A DNA stretch of 64,000 nucleotides from Tubiluchus corallicola (taxonomy: Eukaryota > Animalia > Priapulida): NCBI GenBank assembly GCA_030141605.1, contig JAQGDQ010000037.1, positions 372,001-436,000 of the forward strand, given 5' to 3'. The notes under the pieces are model-generated. The model searched no databases, was not told where the DNA came from, and saw only the letters and a list, made by a program, of their open reading frames with translations. Shown in pieces: positions 50,629-63,045 of this stretch. Made by a program: the position numbers and the translations under genes. The stretch's first letter is position 1. Each line of letters starts with the position of its first letter.

Positions 50629-51967
50629 TTATGGAAACTACATTTGGAAAGCTAAATAATTTAACAGTATGAAAAAGACTGCGCTTGTTTTAAGGTTTGA
50701 TCTCGTGCATGCATCGTATTTGATATTTTCCCTTGCCTTATAACATGTTAATCGACGGAGATTCTTGAAGATAATTTTGTATTTATTGGGGACACAATGA
50801 TCTCTAATCTCGAAAATGGGCAATGTGCCTTATTTGGTGGGAGGACAAAAGATCATGTTGCCATTGATGCAAACGCCTTAAGGTGAAGTTAAATGATATT
50901 AGGGGACGTATGGTGAAAGATATAAGCTCATTTGACAAAAGTCAGGAAAAAATTAAGTCAGGTAAAAGTAAAACAAGAGCTCAGCCAATGATACAAAATC
51001 AGAGACAAACGGCTGCACTGGTGAATAAGAAAATAGTACGTGAGGTTACTATTAGAAATAAGATCACAAACTTTAAAAGCAAGCAGAAATAAAGTCGGGC
51101 CACATTAAATCAAAATAAAATATAAGATGCAGAAATAAGACTAATAAATAAGAAATAAGAGGCACAATGGCAGTTAAAAGTAAAGCTATTGAACGCAAAG
51201 TCGAAGAAACACAGTTCAAGAAAAACAACTTCGGGGTCATTAGTTCAGGATATAATTAAGGAAAAAAGGTCAGGTAACAGGAAAAGCCAAGGTGGTTCAA
51301 GGTAGCAAAATGAATGGATAAAAGCCATTGGAAAGGACGAGATGGTCGAGGCGGTGAGTTCAATATAATTAAAATAGAAGCAAATAGATTTTTAAAAATT
51401 TGATGTATAATTAATTACTTCATTAGAATTTTTCCATTCGCACATTCGTTCCGTTTCAGCTAAGCCTGTCTTTGAATTCCCGCTTTGACTGGTATAATCT
51501 CATTACAGTATTGTTTTCGCGTTCAGCCAGAGATGGTCTCTAGGTGAATTCTCTTTTTTCTCCCCTAATCAGAAGCAAATGGCAAGACGTCCCGCGTGTA
51601 CGTTAAACAAATACTACAAAAGACACTTGGCGAGCTTTAAGCAGATAGATGAAAGAAGGCGGTAAATTGTGCATAGACGCCATCGTAATCAAATTTACTG
51701 CAAATATGATTTACATACAAACTAGCCATTGAGATGACAAGCACAATACTGAGTTCTTAAAATGTACGAATTGTGAAAACTAGTGCTTGGGGCGGTTTTT
51801 CCATCTGACGTTTCATTGCGCATGTATTATGAGATTTTTCGTGTTTTGGGCTTCCGAAAGAACGAGTTTCCTTTCAAACTTGGTGTTAAGATTAATTAAG
51901 AAACGTGTACGTCTTCCATTTCGTATCATGCTGCCCGTTTGTCAGATAGCAGCAAGTGTCTTTCGTG

Positions 51968-52021
51968 GTGTGTGTGTGTGTATGTGTGTGTGTGTGCGCG
52001 CAGTTGTGTGCGTGCGTGTGC
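51968..52021. repeat. (TG)n microsatellite
   Basis: Direct reading. Confidence 0.85.
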
Positions 52022-53920
52022 ATAAATGCATTGAGAATGGAAGCACAATTACTTATCCACCTCATATCCTGTCGGCGGTTTCACCATATTACTGCTGGTC
52101 ATTTAAACCTGAATCAGTTTCCTAGTTGGCATTCAGAGCTACATTTTCAGATAAAAGTTGTCGTCAGTGATAATAATAGAGTTATTTACCTGTCCCATTT
52201 CGTCAAGGAAATTCATTGTGGAGGCTGCATTATGTTCCCCGTGCACTTTCTTTAGTTCATCACTCGCGGCCATTCTCCTAATATCCTGTTTTATTTTTCT
52301 TTTTGTTGACACATTCACGCATGTGGCAATACGTATTTTCCATGTAGCATTGATAAATGTAAAGTTATAGCGTGTCATACACTGGTCTATTGTGCATGTT
52401 GGCTGTTGTGGGCATGATACGTTTAATTGCTTTTGTAAGGCATCTACTGAATTATATTTGCTTTTTACCTACACATATTGGAATTTTTATCAGTGATTGA
52501 TGAATGTTTGGAACGGAATGGACAACACCATGAACTCATACCTAATTCTAGCGAAGTTTGAGAAAGAATTTAAAAAAATCACATACAAATACAATAAACC
52601 AAATAAATTAACATTTTAAACAGTCCAGTATGTTGCACGTACTGTAAATCATAGCATAGATAGTGTTCTAACTATAATGTTTTTGCACAATTAAAGCACT
52701 AACGTTACAGTTCATCTAAATACAGCGTTGCTGGATACTTAACGTAATTATTTTTTAATCAGTCAGATTTTCTTCTTTTCATTCTCTCCTAATTTCCTTT
52801 TTTCACTATCCTGTACTAACCCTAACTGTTGACCTATGTTTATCTCTATTCCAACTTTCAAGTTCCCGGTCAAACTAGTCTTCAAGGGGACTTGTGACAC
52901 GACGCAACGTAACTGTCTTTACATTATTTCCCCCGGGTTAAACTGTAATAGTGCTTAAATTGTAAATTTACATTATTTAATACTGTAACAGTGACTCTAC
53001 TATGTGTTGCGTTATGTGGAATAAACGAATTTTGAAAACTTGAATCGAATGTTACATCGCCATAAAGTTTTAATTACAAATATTATACTTAATTTTATTT
53101 ATAATTTTTAATTTCAAGATAAATTTTAAGAAGTAGGCTACCCAGCAAACTAGAAAACTTGGTGCAACTCGAAAGTCTACTTTCTAGATTCACATAGGTC
53201 GAATATGCTTGCTGCTGCATGTTTTATTCCAATAATAAAACATGCCTGTGATCGCCAAGTCTCTTTGTTTCCTATTCAGAATTTCCCTTTGATAAATTTG
53301 TTCTGTTTGTCAGAGTCTCTCAATAAGTGCATTGAATGACAAACAATTGCGCCAGGTTCTTTTACATGGGTTATTGGATTAGATATGATTCTGCGCTCGT
53401 GTGTTTTAAAACTTTCTTTTGTTGTTAAGTACAAAAGAGGGAAGTAATGCATTCAGATGAAAGGATATCAGCTGCAATTATTATTGTTATATACATGAAT
53501 GCAACTGCGTTTGTCGATGTTAATAACAATTGTTATGATGTTGTTGTTGTGTAGTGTGTGTCATTGTATCATGGAAACAGAATAGTTCTTTGAATGAAAG
53601 GCTGGGATAAAATAAAAATTTGTTAACAAAGCATATTCGATGTATATATGCAGCATTTCAAGATTTACTCTTTTCGTCTACGACACCGAGGAAATGCATG
53701 TAATCAGATTTTTTTAACCACAACGTAGCCTGTTATAAATATACAGATAAGCTTTTTTTTTCAGATTTTCATACAGGTAACATAAAATAAATTACCCAAA
53801 AGATTGTACTACTACTTTGTACTACTACAAAAGCAAATTACAAAGCTAGCCGAAAGAAATTTATGTAGAAGCAACTTGTTTCTATTCTCATGTCAATGAG
53901 CTTGATTAGACAAATAAGAA

Positions 53921-54160
53921 AAGATGAGGTGAGATGAGGTGAGATGAGATGAGATAAGATGAGATAAGATGAGATGAGATGAGATGAGATGAGATGAGAT
54001 GAGATGAGATAAGATAAGATAAGATAAGATAAGATAAGATAAGATAAGATAAGATAAGATAAGATAAGATAAGATAAGATAAGATAAGATAAGATAAGAT
54101 AAGATAAGATAAGATAAGATAAGATAAGATAAGACAAGATAAGATAAGATAAGATAAGAT
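53921..54160. repeat. (GAGAT)n/(AAGAT)n pentanucleotide microsatellite, ~48 units
   Basis: Direct reading; produces the spurious ILSYL-repeat ORFs. Confidence 0.97.
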
Positions 54161-55029
54161 AGACAAGAATTTATTATGCCTTATGTTAATCGTTCATTAC
54201 AATTTCATTTCGTTCCTGGGTTACCTGGTTTCCTGGAACCCTAAATAAATAAACATAGCGGGTTTTATTAAAAAAGTGATACCATAGAGCAGTAAACTAG
54301 ATGCAATGTGTGAAAACAATAAAGAATGGAGAAGATAGAAAGTGCCATTAAAGATTCAAATTCATAAAATTATTTAAGAAATATAACCTACAAGTAAACA
54401 TTCGGAAAAATAACATCACAAAGTCACAAAACAGCTTAAAAGCAAATAATCCAAAAGATCAATAAGTACTCGAACTCATCGTTTTATTTACCACTTAGTT
54501 TTGGGAAAGTTCTTGCGTTATAATGTGATGTCGACTTTTCAAGTTGGTCTGGATTACCATTTACTTGGTTGGATAATAGGACCAACCGCGTGCAAATCCT
54601 TATCTAAAATTTAGGAACTAAAAATAATGCAGAAATTTTCAGTGGTGAAGGAATCTGTATGGATTAAGGAAAAATGCCACACAGGCACACATTTATACAG
54701 TCATTTATGTTAATTTATATACATCAACATAGAGAAAAGAAAAAAGTATTGTAAACTGCGGCATACTTATGTAGTATTCGCAGAATTATTATATACAACA
54801 ATACGAGGAAAAATTGGCTTAATATTACTACTTATTATGTATAAGTTTGTTTCGTGTTTTTCCTAGGTCAAGCATGTCAATATGTCCATACTCTGTATTT
54901 TATTAATTATTATAATCTTAATGTCAATATGGTACCAATTCACAATTAAGAAACTTTTGATGCCAAATTTGGCAGACAGTAAATGACAAAGTCTGATACA
55001 GCCCGAAACAATCAGGGACATTCCGCTTG

Positions 55030-55097
55030 GGATAAGGTAGCCTAGTGGTCTAAGGCGCCTAGCAAGCAAAAGTCCCTGATTCGAATCCTGTGTATCA
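55030..55097 (+). pseudogene. tRNA-like sequence (tRNA-derived SINE head or pseudogene)
   Basis: A box TAGCCTAGTGG and B-box-like GATTCGAATCC; anticodon arm shortened (CCTAGCAAGC), so not a functional cloverleaf. Confidence 0.55.
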
Positions 55098-58000
55098 AAC
55101 TTTTCCACATTCTCCTGTCTCTCGTATTCAAAATTTACTTAATTCTGAGTTTGTTCCATCATCTGCATTTTTTGTTTGCGCGTCATAATATGTTTTCTCT
55201 TTTCATGGAAATTTCCAACTAGTTGTACAGAAAACAACAGCACCCTTTTGGCAACACGCCTTGATGAGTGTCTCATTATGCACTATTCATGACTTCAGTA
55301 CTTACAGACAATTATGAAGCCCATTCTTGTTATTATTAAATGCATTGTGTAGCGCTTAGGCGTTCTAATCACAAGCGTTTGCGAGAAGTCTGTGCCAACG
55401 CAAGTCTTTAGAAAACTGCTGAATACAATGCATCAGCCTGCATGCAGTTTTTAATTGGAGTGTTTTGGCTTGTTTGCGTCTATTCAACAGTAATTTCCTG
55501 CCGAGCCTCTATTCACTGCCTACAGTGTCTTTGAATAAAGGGATTATTACTAACAATAAAGATTTCCACAAAAGATTGAAACGATTTCCACCTATAGTCC
55601 CAGTCGATTTTTCTCCAGTTCGCACTAACAGTGTTTTGTTCTGTATTATTTTACAGCTTGTAAATTTGGCAACTGTGGGCGGACCTTCGTTGCTGAGACA
55701 AATTAAAGCTTATAATCTAGAATATGACTAGTTACCGACATGCATGACTAGTCACCCAATAATACCCATACCCAGTCAATGTTTGCTTTCCCTGATTTTT
55801 GATTTGATTAAGCATTGTTCAACTATGCTTCTACATTTTCTTGGCTTGGTTGAACGAAGAACGTATGTTGACTATGACACAGAAAGGCAAACAGTATAGC
55901 GTAGGTCTCATCACACAGAATGACTCAAAAAGATATACATATTGACGTTTACTTTTCTTCTTAAATTTTCGTAAATGGATAGATCCACTTTTTACTGCAG
56001 TTCATATAGAGTGCTTGTAAAAGTTTTTGTTTTATGCCGATAATAAAGTGTATATATCAAGATAAATTATGTATGCAGTTTAAACCTTTTATTGTCTTTT
56101 AAGTAAGCACATTTTTAGATTTCTTTTCATTAATGTGCTGTGTGAGTTTTCATGCAGTCTGCATGAATGATGACTTCTAAGTTTAATTACAGTGAGTAAA
56201 ATGTTTCATTATCTTAAATAAGTTGTCACGACTTTTATCTCAGTGAAGTGTCGTGTAAGTCCAAAATCCTTTAATCTGCTTTTAAGTTTCAGTGTGTGCA
56301 ACAGTTTCCTGAACTCTGAATCTCGTAATTTCTAACACGCCTTTTAGTTTTCTCAATGCTGAAGGCGTTGCATGAATCCTGAAGTTGGAGAAGTCCAGTT
56401 TGTTTAGAAAAGAGTTTTGGGAAGCGTGAATCTTGTGAAACTGATATCTCATTGAAATTTCAAATCTGTGAAGCATTTCGCGTGTGTCCTAAATCTGGTA
56501 AATCTGACATTTTCTAACGATGTTGACTCAAACGCCTCAATTACGAAATTGGCTAAATTATTTTTAATTTTTAAAAATCTGTACTGTTCAGCTGCAACTT
56601 GATCCTTTAGACTTTTAATTGCAAGATAATGATTAACGAAACATACTCCACGAGGATTAAAATTGTACTTTAAGGATGTTTGGATTATAAGTGCAGAACC
56701 AATACCACTACGACCACTCGGATTCTTGATAAATAATTAAACATTCGAGCATCCATTCCACCATTATCCAGTTACAATGCCACATGAAAAATGATAGTGC
56801 AAAAAAAACCAGTATACAGAAGAAATATGCTTATTTTAAATGCATGAACAAGCGCAAAAACAATGCTGAACAAAAGAGTGGAATTTGACTGCGTTTCACT
56901 TTATATTCTCTAAACCCAGACAATAACATTTCACGTGAAATAATACTCAAATGATTCAAATGATAGGTTATATTATACCAAAGAATGATAAGATCAACTA
57001 TAATGAATAAGTTTCGCGTGAAATATTATAAGTGGGGTGTGTTACGGGCAGCCTAGGCGATAATTAGGCGCGATTCAATCAGACAATAGGCAACAAGATG
57101 CCATAGAATAGAGCACAATGGTCTGAAAAGGTTGATGCAAGATAAGAAAAGAATGGAACACAAAGAGCTTTCCACGGGGTCTGTTTCATTGTGTAAGACT
57201 CAATAGCAGAGAAATAAAATATTGATGCATGCATTTCATACAACCTGAAAGGGTGCCTTTTAGTAGCGAATGCAACAAGAAAAGCCAATACATGCATTAC
57301 CAGCATACGAGGCGTGAACAATGGCGAGACTCAATTTTGTGCACGAGTTAGAATTCTTTCTCTGTTTTGAATATCGGCAGTATTCAACATCTTTGTTATT
57401 CGAATTTCAATGATATCGAGTAAATTACCTCGAAACCTACTTTATGCTGCGGTTTCAACAATAAGCTTTTGCGCTGGTGCATTGTTCGGGAACAATAGTA
57501 CCACACCTGTCGGTGGTTTTCTACAAATCAGGTTTCTGGAGTACATGCATGCGAATAATGTTATCGATATTTTCTATTGAGCCGTTTCATTCACACTGGG
57601 TATAAAATGCGGTAACATTAGTGGCATAAAAAACTATTGAGTATTTAAATTAGTATCCATTACATGTTTAAGCTGTTCATGTTGCAGGATTAGCGCAGAA
57701 TACGAACGCGTGTTGCTAAGATTGTAACGAAAGTACACATAGGAAGGCATCCTCACGTCAGTGACGTCACTGCCGAATGACCACTGGTCACTATGCCTGC
57801 GCATGGTTCTTTACTTAACGGAACTGTAGGCGAATTGATTTTTCAAAACCCATGGGTTTTTAAGTCCATTAGTAGCTGTAATACAGTTGCTTAAACCAAG
57901 TTTTAGCTGATGGCATAGTTTAGTTTGGTTTATTTTTCCAAATTGCCGTGACATTATATACATTGCTATGTACATTACAATACATACTTTTCCTACAACA

Positions 58001-59059
58001 ACCAAAACAAAATTCAAAATTTTACAAGATATTGAGATAATGGTTCAGACCAAGAAGATAAAATTGTGTACAGGCATGAGCAGATAGCAAAATGGAAAGG
58101 AAAATGTGCGAAATAGAATAAAAAAGCAGAATGAAATACCAGGGTAATAGAAAGGGCAGAGAAAAAAGTGATTAAGAACGGGCCGTTTAAGTGTGAAGAT
58201 GGGTACGTATACGTACTGTTTGCAAGATTACTATGCAGTATTTGATAGTTTTCAAAGTCATTATTTGAAGAAATGTATTTCAAATTTCACCACAGAGCAA
58301 CGAATCTGGCAATCTGGCTTCAATCCGACCGGGCAGCTAAAGGTGGTTTGTTAAAAACACTGCAAAAAGTTTCTGACCGCTTTTCACACTGCAAAAGACA
58401 ATTAGTACTCTGAGGCTTAGTACCACAGTTTTAATCACAAAACATACGAATGTCTGAAAATTTTTTCACTCCACTTGGACGGAACACAAAACCTTAATGG
58501 CAGCTATTCTAACCGAATTAATATATATTGCAATGGCTAAAACGTACTGTTTTTGATAAGCCTCTCATGTGCTAGTTAGTAGGAAAAGACCAAGATATCA
58601 CTCACACTGGTTGGAAGATCAAAACGGTACTTGTACTGAACTGGACAAGGACCACTTTAGGTTTGACAATGTGATTTGGTTAATGAAATTTTTTTGGCTA
58701 ATAATTTAAGTTTTAAAATCTTGCCTAAACAGGTTTTTAACTGATTTTTAAAATGCAGTAATTGATTTTTCTTACGTTACACAGTGCCGTGTCACATCCA
58801 CACATTGCTCCTACAGTGCTCTATTGTGCCTTATAAGGAAAAATTGGGGAGCCATTCATGTAACCGTATCATTCACTTTTGTTCACTTTATAAAGGCCCC
58901 TGACCGCCTGATACAAACATTTATTGTTGAACAAGTCCACTTGGGAAACCAAAGTGCTTATTCCTACCAACCGACATCAATGGCTGAATGTAATGCCATT
59001 TATCCTAACAACACGTCCTCACAATGCGCTGAATGACCAAGAGGAAACCCCACAGTTTG

Positions 59060-59125
59060 CTGACAATTGTTCCGGTTTCTCTAAAGCGTTTTGGCCAACG
59101 CTTATCCGTGACCGTATGAATAGAG
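59060..59125 (-). mobile_element. Possible Tc1/mariner transposase N-terminal scrap
   Basis: Minus-strand frame reads KRWPKRFRETGTIV, similar to the RW.KRFRETGSV motif of Tc1-like transposases. Short, with no other support. Confidence 0.3.
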
Positions 59126-60177
59126 TCGTACAAACGCTGTCAACGCTACTATTGTGCTGCTCTAACTAAACGTGCATTCGCTGCTGTTTTCTCTCCTTCG
59201 TGTTCTTTTGTGTGGACATTTGCCAAGGTAATTGCGCCCCTACAGCTATTAATTCGGTCCTTGTTACCCGGCTCTTCCAGAAAAATACTGACTCTCTGAC
59301 TCACTAGTCATTGCTTTGCGAAATAAATGCAAACCGAAATGAAATAAAATACAAAAACTGCATTTAACTGGATTGCAATAAATAGTTCAATTTCACAAGG
59401 TGGTAAATTACTAAACAATGGAGAACAGATAAAATTCTACATTCTGTTACTTACGAAGCCGTTGTTTTCTGTACAGGAAAATTAAGTACAAAAATAAACT
59501 GTGATGACATAAAGACCTATTGTTTTACTCAAGGTAGAGCAAATTGCGACAGAGTGGAATTACATGAAGCATATCTAGACTTTCCTACATCACTCTCAGT
59601 AATATTTAGTTATTACTTACACAGCCCTAAATTTGTTCAAGAAGAATTTTTCATCCTCTACAGTTGTATGGTATCTAGCGGTCGTTAATAACGGATAATC
59701 ACATTTATCCCAGGTCAGGCTTTACATTTAGGACCTTCTATTTGGTAATTTCTTGCTGTGATGAACATGAGCAAAAAGAAAAAAGAAAAACCAGAGAATT
59801 GCAACTTAAGAAAATGTAAAATTGTCATATCAGTCAGTCGCACACATCCTTCTTTGAAAGGTTTAGAAGGTTAGGAGAAAGGAAAATTCTTAACAAAGCC
59901 ATCGGGCAACAAATTGCCATGACGTCAGCAACCAACATCCCAGGATGTGTCAGTACTCAGAAAAACAATTACTATTAAATTTATTTATAAAATCAACCGC
60001 TTGCATATACTGTTAACTTAGTAATTTTGCGCACTACTATATTTTACAAAATTCAGATGGAATGCAGGCAGAACTTTTTACATTCTTAATAAAAGATAGG
60101 CCATTAAAATGCTGGCTGTAATAGTAAGCATGATAATTCAAATGTTCCAAATTTTACACCATTTTTGGTGAAGGATT

Positions 60178-60410
60178 TAACCGAATGGTCACGCTATGTG
60201 GGACTAAAGTTAAGCAACGTTAAGCCAGGTCAGTGAATTTTATTTAAATCTTATTTCAGCACAAAAAATTACCATATAAAAGTTAAATTTTACGCTAAAA
60301 ACTACGAAATACTACATGCCATATGTATGGGTCATAAATGAATGGGTGACCACTAGAGCTTATATCCGAACACAGCTTATTAAGACACCTCCGCCAGCTC
60401 AACTGAGTTT
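60178..60410 (+). mobile_element. 5S rRNA-derived SINE-like fragment, interrupted by ~100 bp
   Basis: AAGTTAAGCAACGTTAAGCCAGGTCAGT (60207-60234) and TGAATGGGTGACC (60339-60351) match consecutive parts of the invertebrate 5S internal control region (GAAGTTAAGCAACGTCGGGCC.GGTTAGTACTTGGATGGGTGACC). Confidence 0.6.
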
Positions 60411-62911
60411 CTTTAGAGGTTTAGTCATTCTTTGTAATGAGTTACGTTCCACTCTTACCACAATCATTTGCATTAAATATTGAATTGAATGCTGAATCCG
60501 GGTTGAAGAGTGCTGAACTGTTTTAAAAATCAGCATTCGTAACGTTAACTCTGCTTATAGAAAAATTATATGTAAGCAATATATAAGTTCAATGTGAATT
60601 TTGAAGATACATATCAAAATTCGTTTATGTCTTAAGTACAAAGTTTGGAGTATCAACTAAACTTCGGCTTAACTTCTCAAAAGAAATGTAGTTTAATTTG
60701 TTGAAGTTTGGTCCCAATAAATTCCTGTCTATAATGTAGCAAACGCTTCCGTTCGGTTAATTCTAACCCTATAGGGAGCTATAACGCCGTCTGGGATATG
60801 TAAACTTCATTTCAAGGAGTTTTTGTACATATTGTGCTCTCCTTCAGCTAAACTGATGAATTCGTTTAGTTTTGGCTTCAGCATCATTGTACATCAAAAA
60901 TTCTTTTACGGAATAGATAAACGATTCTCAAGTACTCATTTGAGTACCAGATCAGAAATTTCAATCTAAAGGAAGAAAATTTTTAGCTGTAGGAAGAATG
61001 GTGAAAAAATTTCTTTCATAGGAGGAACTTCATGTTAGTAATATTCTGTGAGTAGCTGTATCAAATGTATCAGATAAAATCCACGATTTTATGGACTAGT
61101 GCGCAAAACAAATTTTGTATTTAATAAGTTTGTCTTTTTCAATTGACAGTTTCTGGCAGTTGTGAACTATTAAATATTCTGAGTTTGTGTTGTTTGTGAT
61201 GCTTTTCTCAGGCAATTGTTTACATTTCATAGGCTGTGCTATGTTTAAATTGTCTCAGTTGGCGAATTATTGATGTAAAAGCATAACAGTGGAGAATTGT
61301 TAGATGAAAATTTAAAGCGGAAAAAGAATTGAGGAACCCATAGGTCATCGATTTTTTTTCATGTCAACTAACTAGTTTTTAAGGACCAAGACTCCGATAG
61401 TTAAAGTTTACTGGAGAGGAATTCGCTAGGACTGAGATGTCAGATGGAACATTTGAGCTTCTGCCAAAACACTTTTACCTAGATAAGAGCTTGTTAGTTC
61501 TGAAGGAGGTTAAGTACACGGGCAAAACGTAGTTGAAGTTCATCAGCAATGCAGACCACATATGTCGAATTTAATAATTTATCTTTGGTATTTACCATTG
61601 ACTACTTTATTCGACAAAACTTACCAAAAGGAAGAGCTCACTGGAAAAAGAAACAGCAACCAACCATGGTCAGAACTTTATAAATGGAAGTTTACTAGAA
61701 CTGCAATAAATTACAATTGGACAGAAAGCTCATTACAATCTTTACAATGCTGCAGTGCCGAATGTAGCCTAAGTACATGCACGACGACAAAAGGATTGAA
61801 AGTTTGTAAAAAGAAATTCACAGAAAAAGTATGCCAGGAACTGAGGCCTAATTACCAAATACGTGGAGGAGTAAAAAATGGGATAAATTAAAGGCCACTG
61901 AAAAGGAAACCTCTAGAAGCATTATTCGGCTCTACAAGTAAATTTCCCGGGTGAGAAATGAGCAGTGATTTCAGATCAATCACCATGAGAGACAAAAATC
62001 AGCAATTATCAGCAAATTTGCACAATTGCAAGTGATTATTGTTCAACAAATTAATATTACATTAATACCAATGATACCATTCAATATGCCACGTAATTAA
62101 ACGTATATGCGTATACAGAATAAAGATTTGTTAAGGTAACAAGTCAAAGTATCATGCTTAGGCTAAACACAGCTGCCTCTTACAGGTCAACATTAAAGCT
62201 GCGGCCATAAATGCCTTTTATTTCTATACAGACACCTAACATTACCACCTTTCAGCAAAGCTCCTCCTAGCTCAATTTATTAAGCCTTATAACCGCTTTC
62301 AGACCCATTTTAAGTGGTGTTGATTTTACTGCACATCAAACAGATTTTCAAACATGCTTTGAGTCCAAGCAAGAACTCAATGCGTGAGTTTGAATAGGTG
62401 CTTTCTCAGGCCAACTGTATGCACCATTACAGGAATGCTAATAATTCCCGCATTTAATGATAATCCTTCAGGCACTGCATTGTATACTTCATTCTCACGC
62501 TTTCAGCTCTGAATGGCTAAAGATAAAGCAGCGGGCAAGTTGTATGTCGCATTTCAATGCCAAACTTATTTGCGAGCATTCAAGAGTGAATGCGCTGTTT
62601 GAGGCGCATTGTGAGACGGTATTCAGACCCATTCACCCGACTGTTGATCTGCTGTACGGGTGTAATGATTTCCAATTTAGCTGGCCTTAAGTGTACTGTT
62701 TGCCAAAGCTCGTATTGAGATGGACTTTGCAAAGCCCATCAGACGACTTTACATTAAGATAGTGTGAAAACAGCTTTACGCACACACTACATCTAAAAAG
62801 ATGGAATGCAAAATGCACCACGTGTAATAATGACACGGCTGCAGGTCCAAGTACCACCGGACAAAAGACCACCTTTACATGAGTAACTAACTAGTAGTAC
62901 GGTTACTGAAT

Positions 62912-63045
62912 TGTTATTTATTTATTTATTTGTGTATGTATGCGAGTATTTATTTATTTATTAATCTATCTATCTATTTATTTATCTGTTTATTTATTTA
63001 TTTACTTATTGTCATTTATTTATTTGTCAATTTATTTATTAATTG
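62912..63045. repeat. Degenerate (ATTT)/(ATCT)n microsatellite
   Basis: Direct reading. Confidence 0.8.

Noticed and set aside
53838-54166. ILSYL-repeat ORFs
   Set aside because: Translation of the (AAGAT)n microsatellite.
60205-60351. Functional 5S rRNA gene
   Set aside because: Only the internal portion matches, it is interrupted by ~100 bp, and the 5' and 3' ends are missing.
61562-61891. 109-aa ORF, possible Psq-type transposase N-terminus (NWTESSLQ)
   Set aside because: Only a few residues match; no TIRs or catalytic domain seen.
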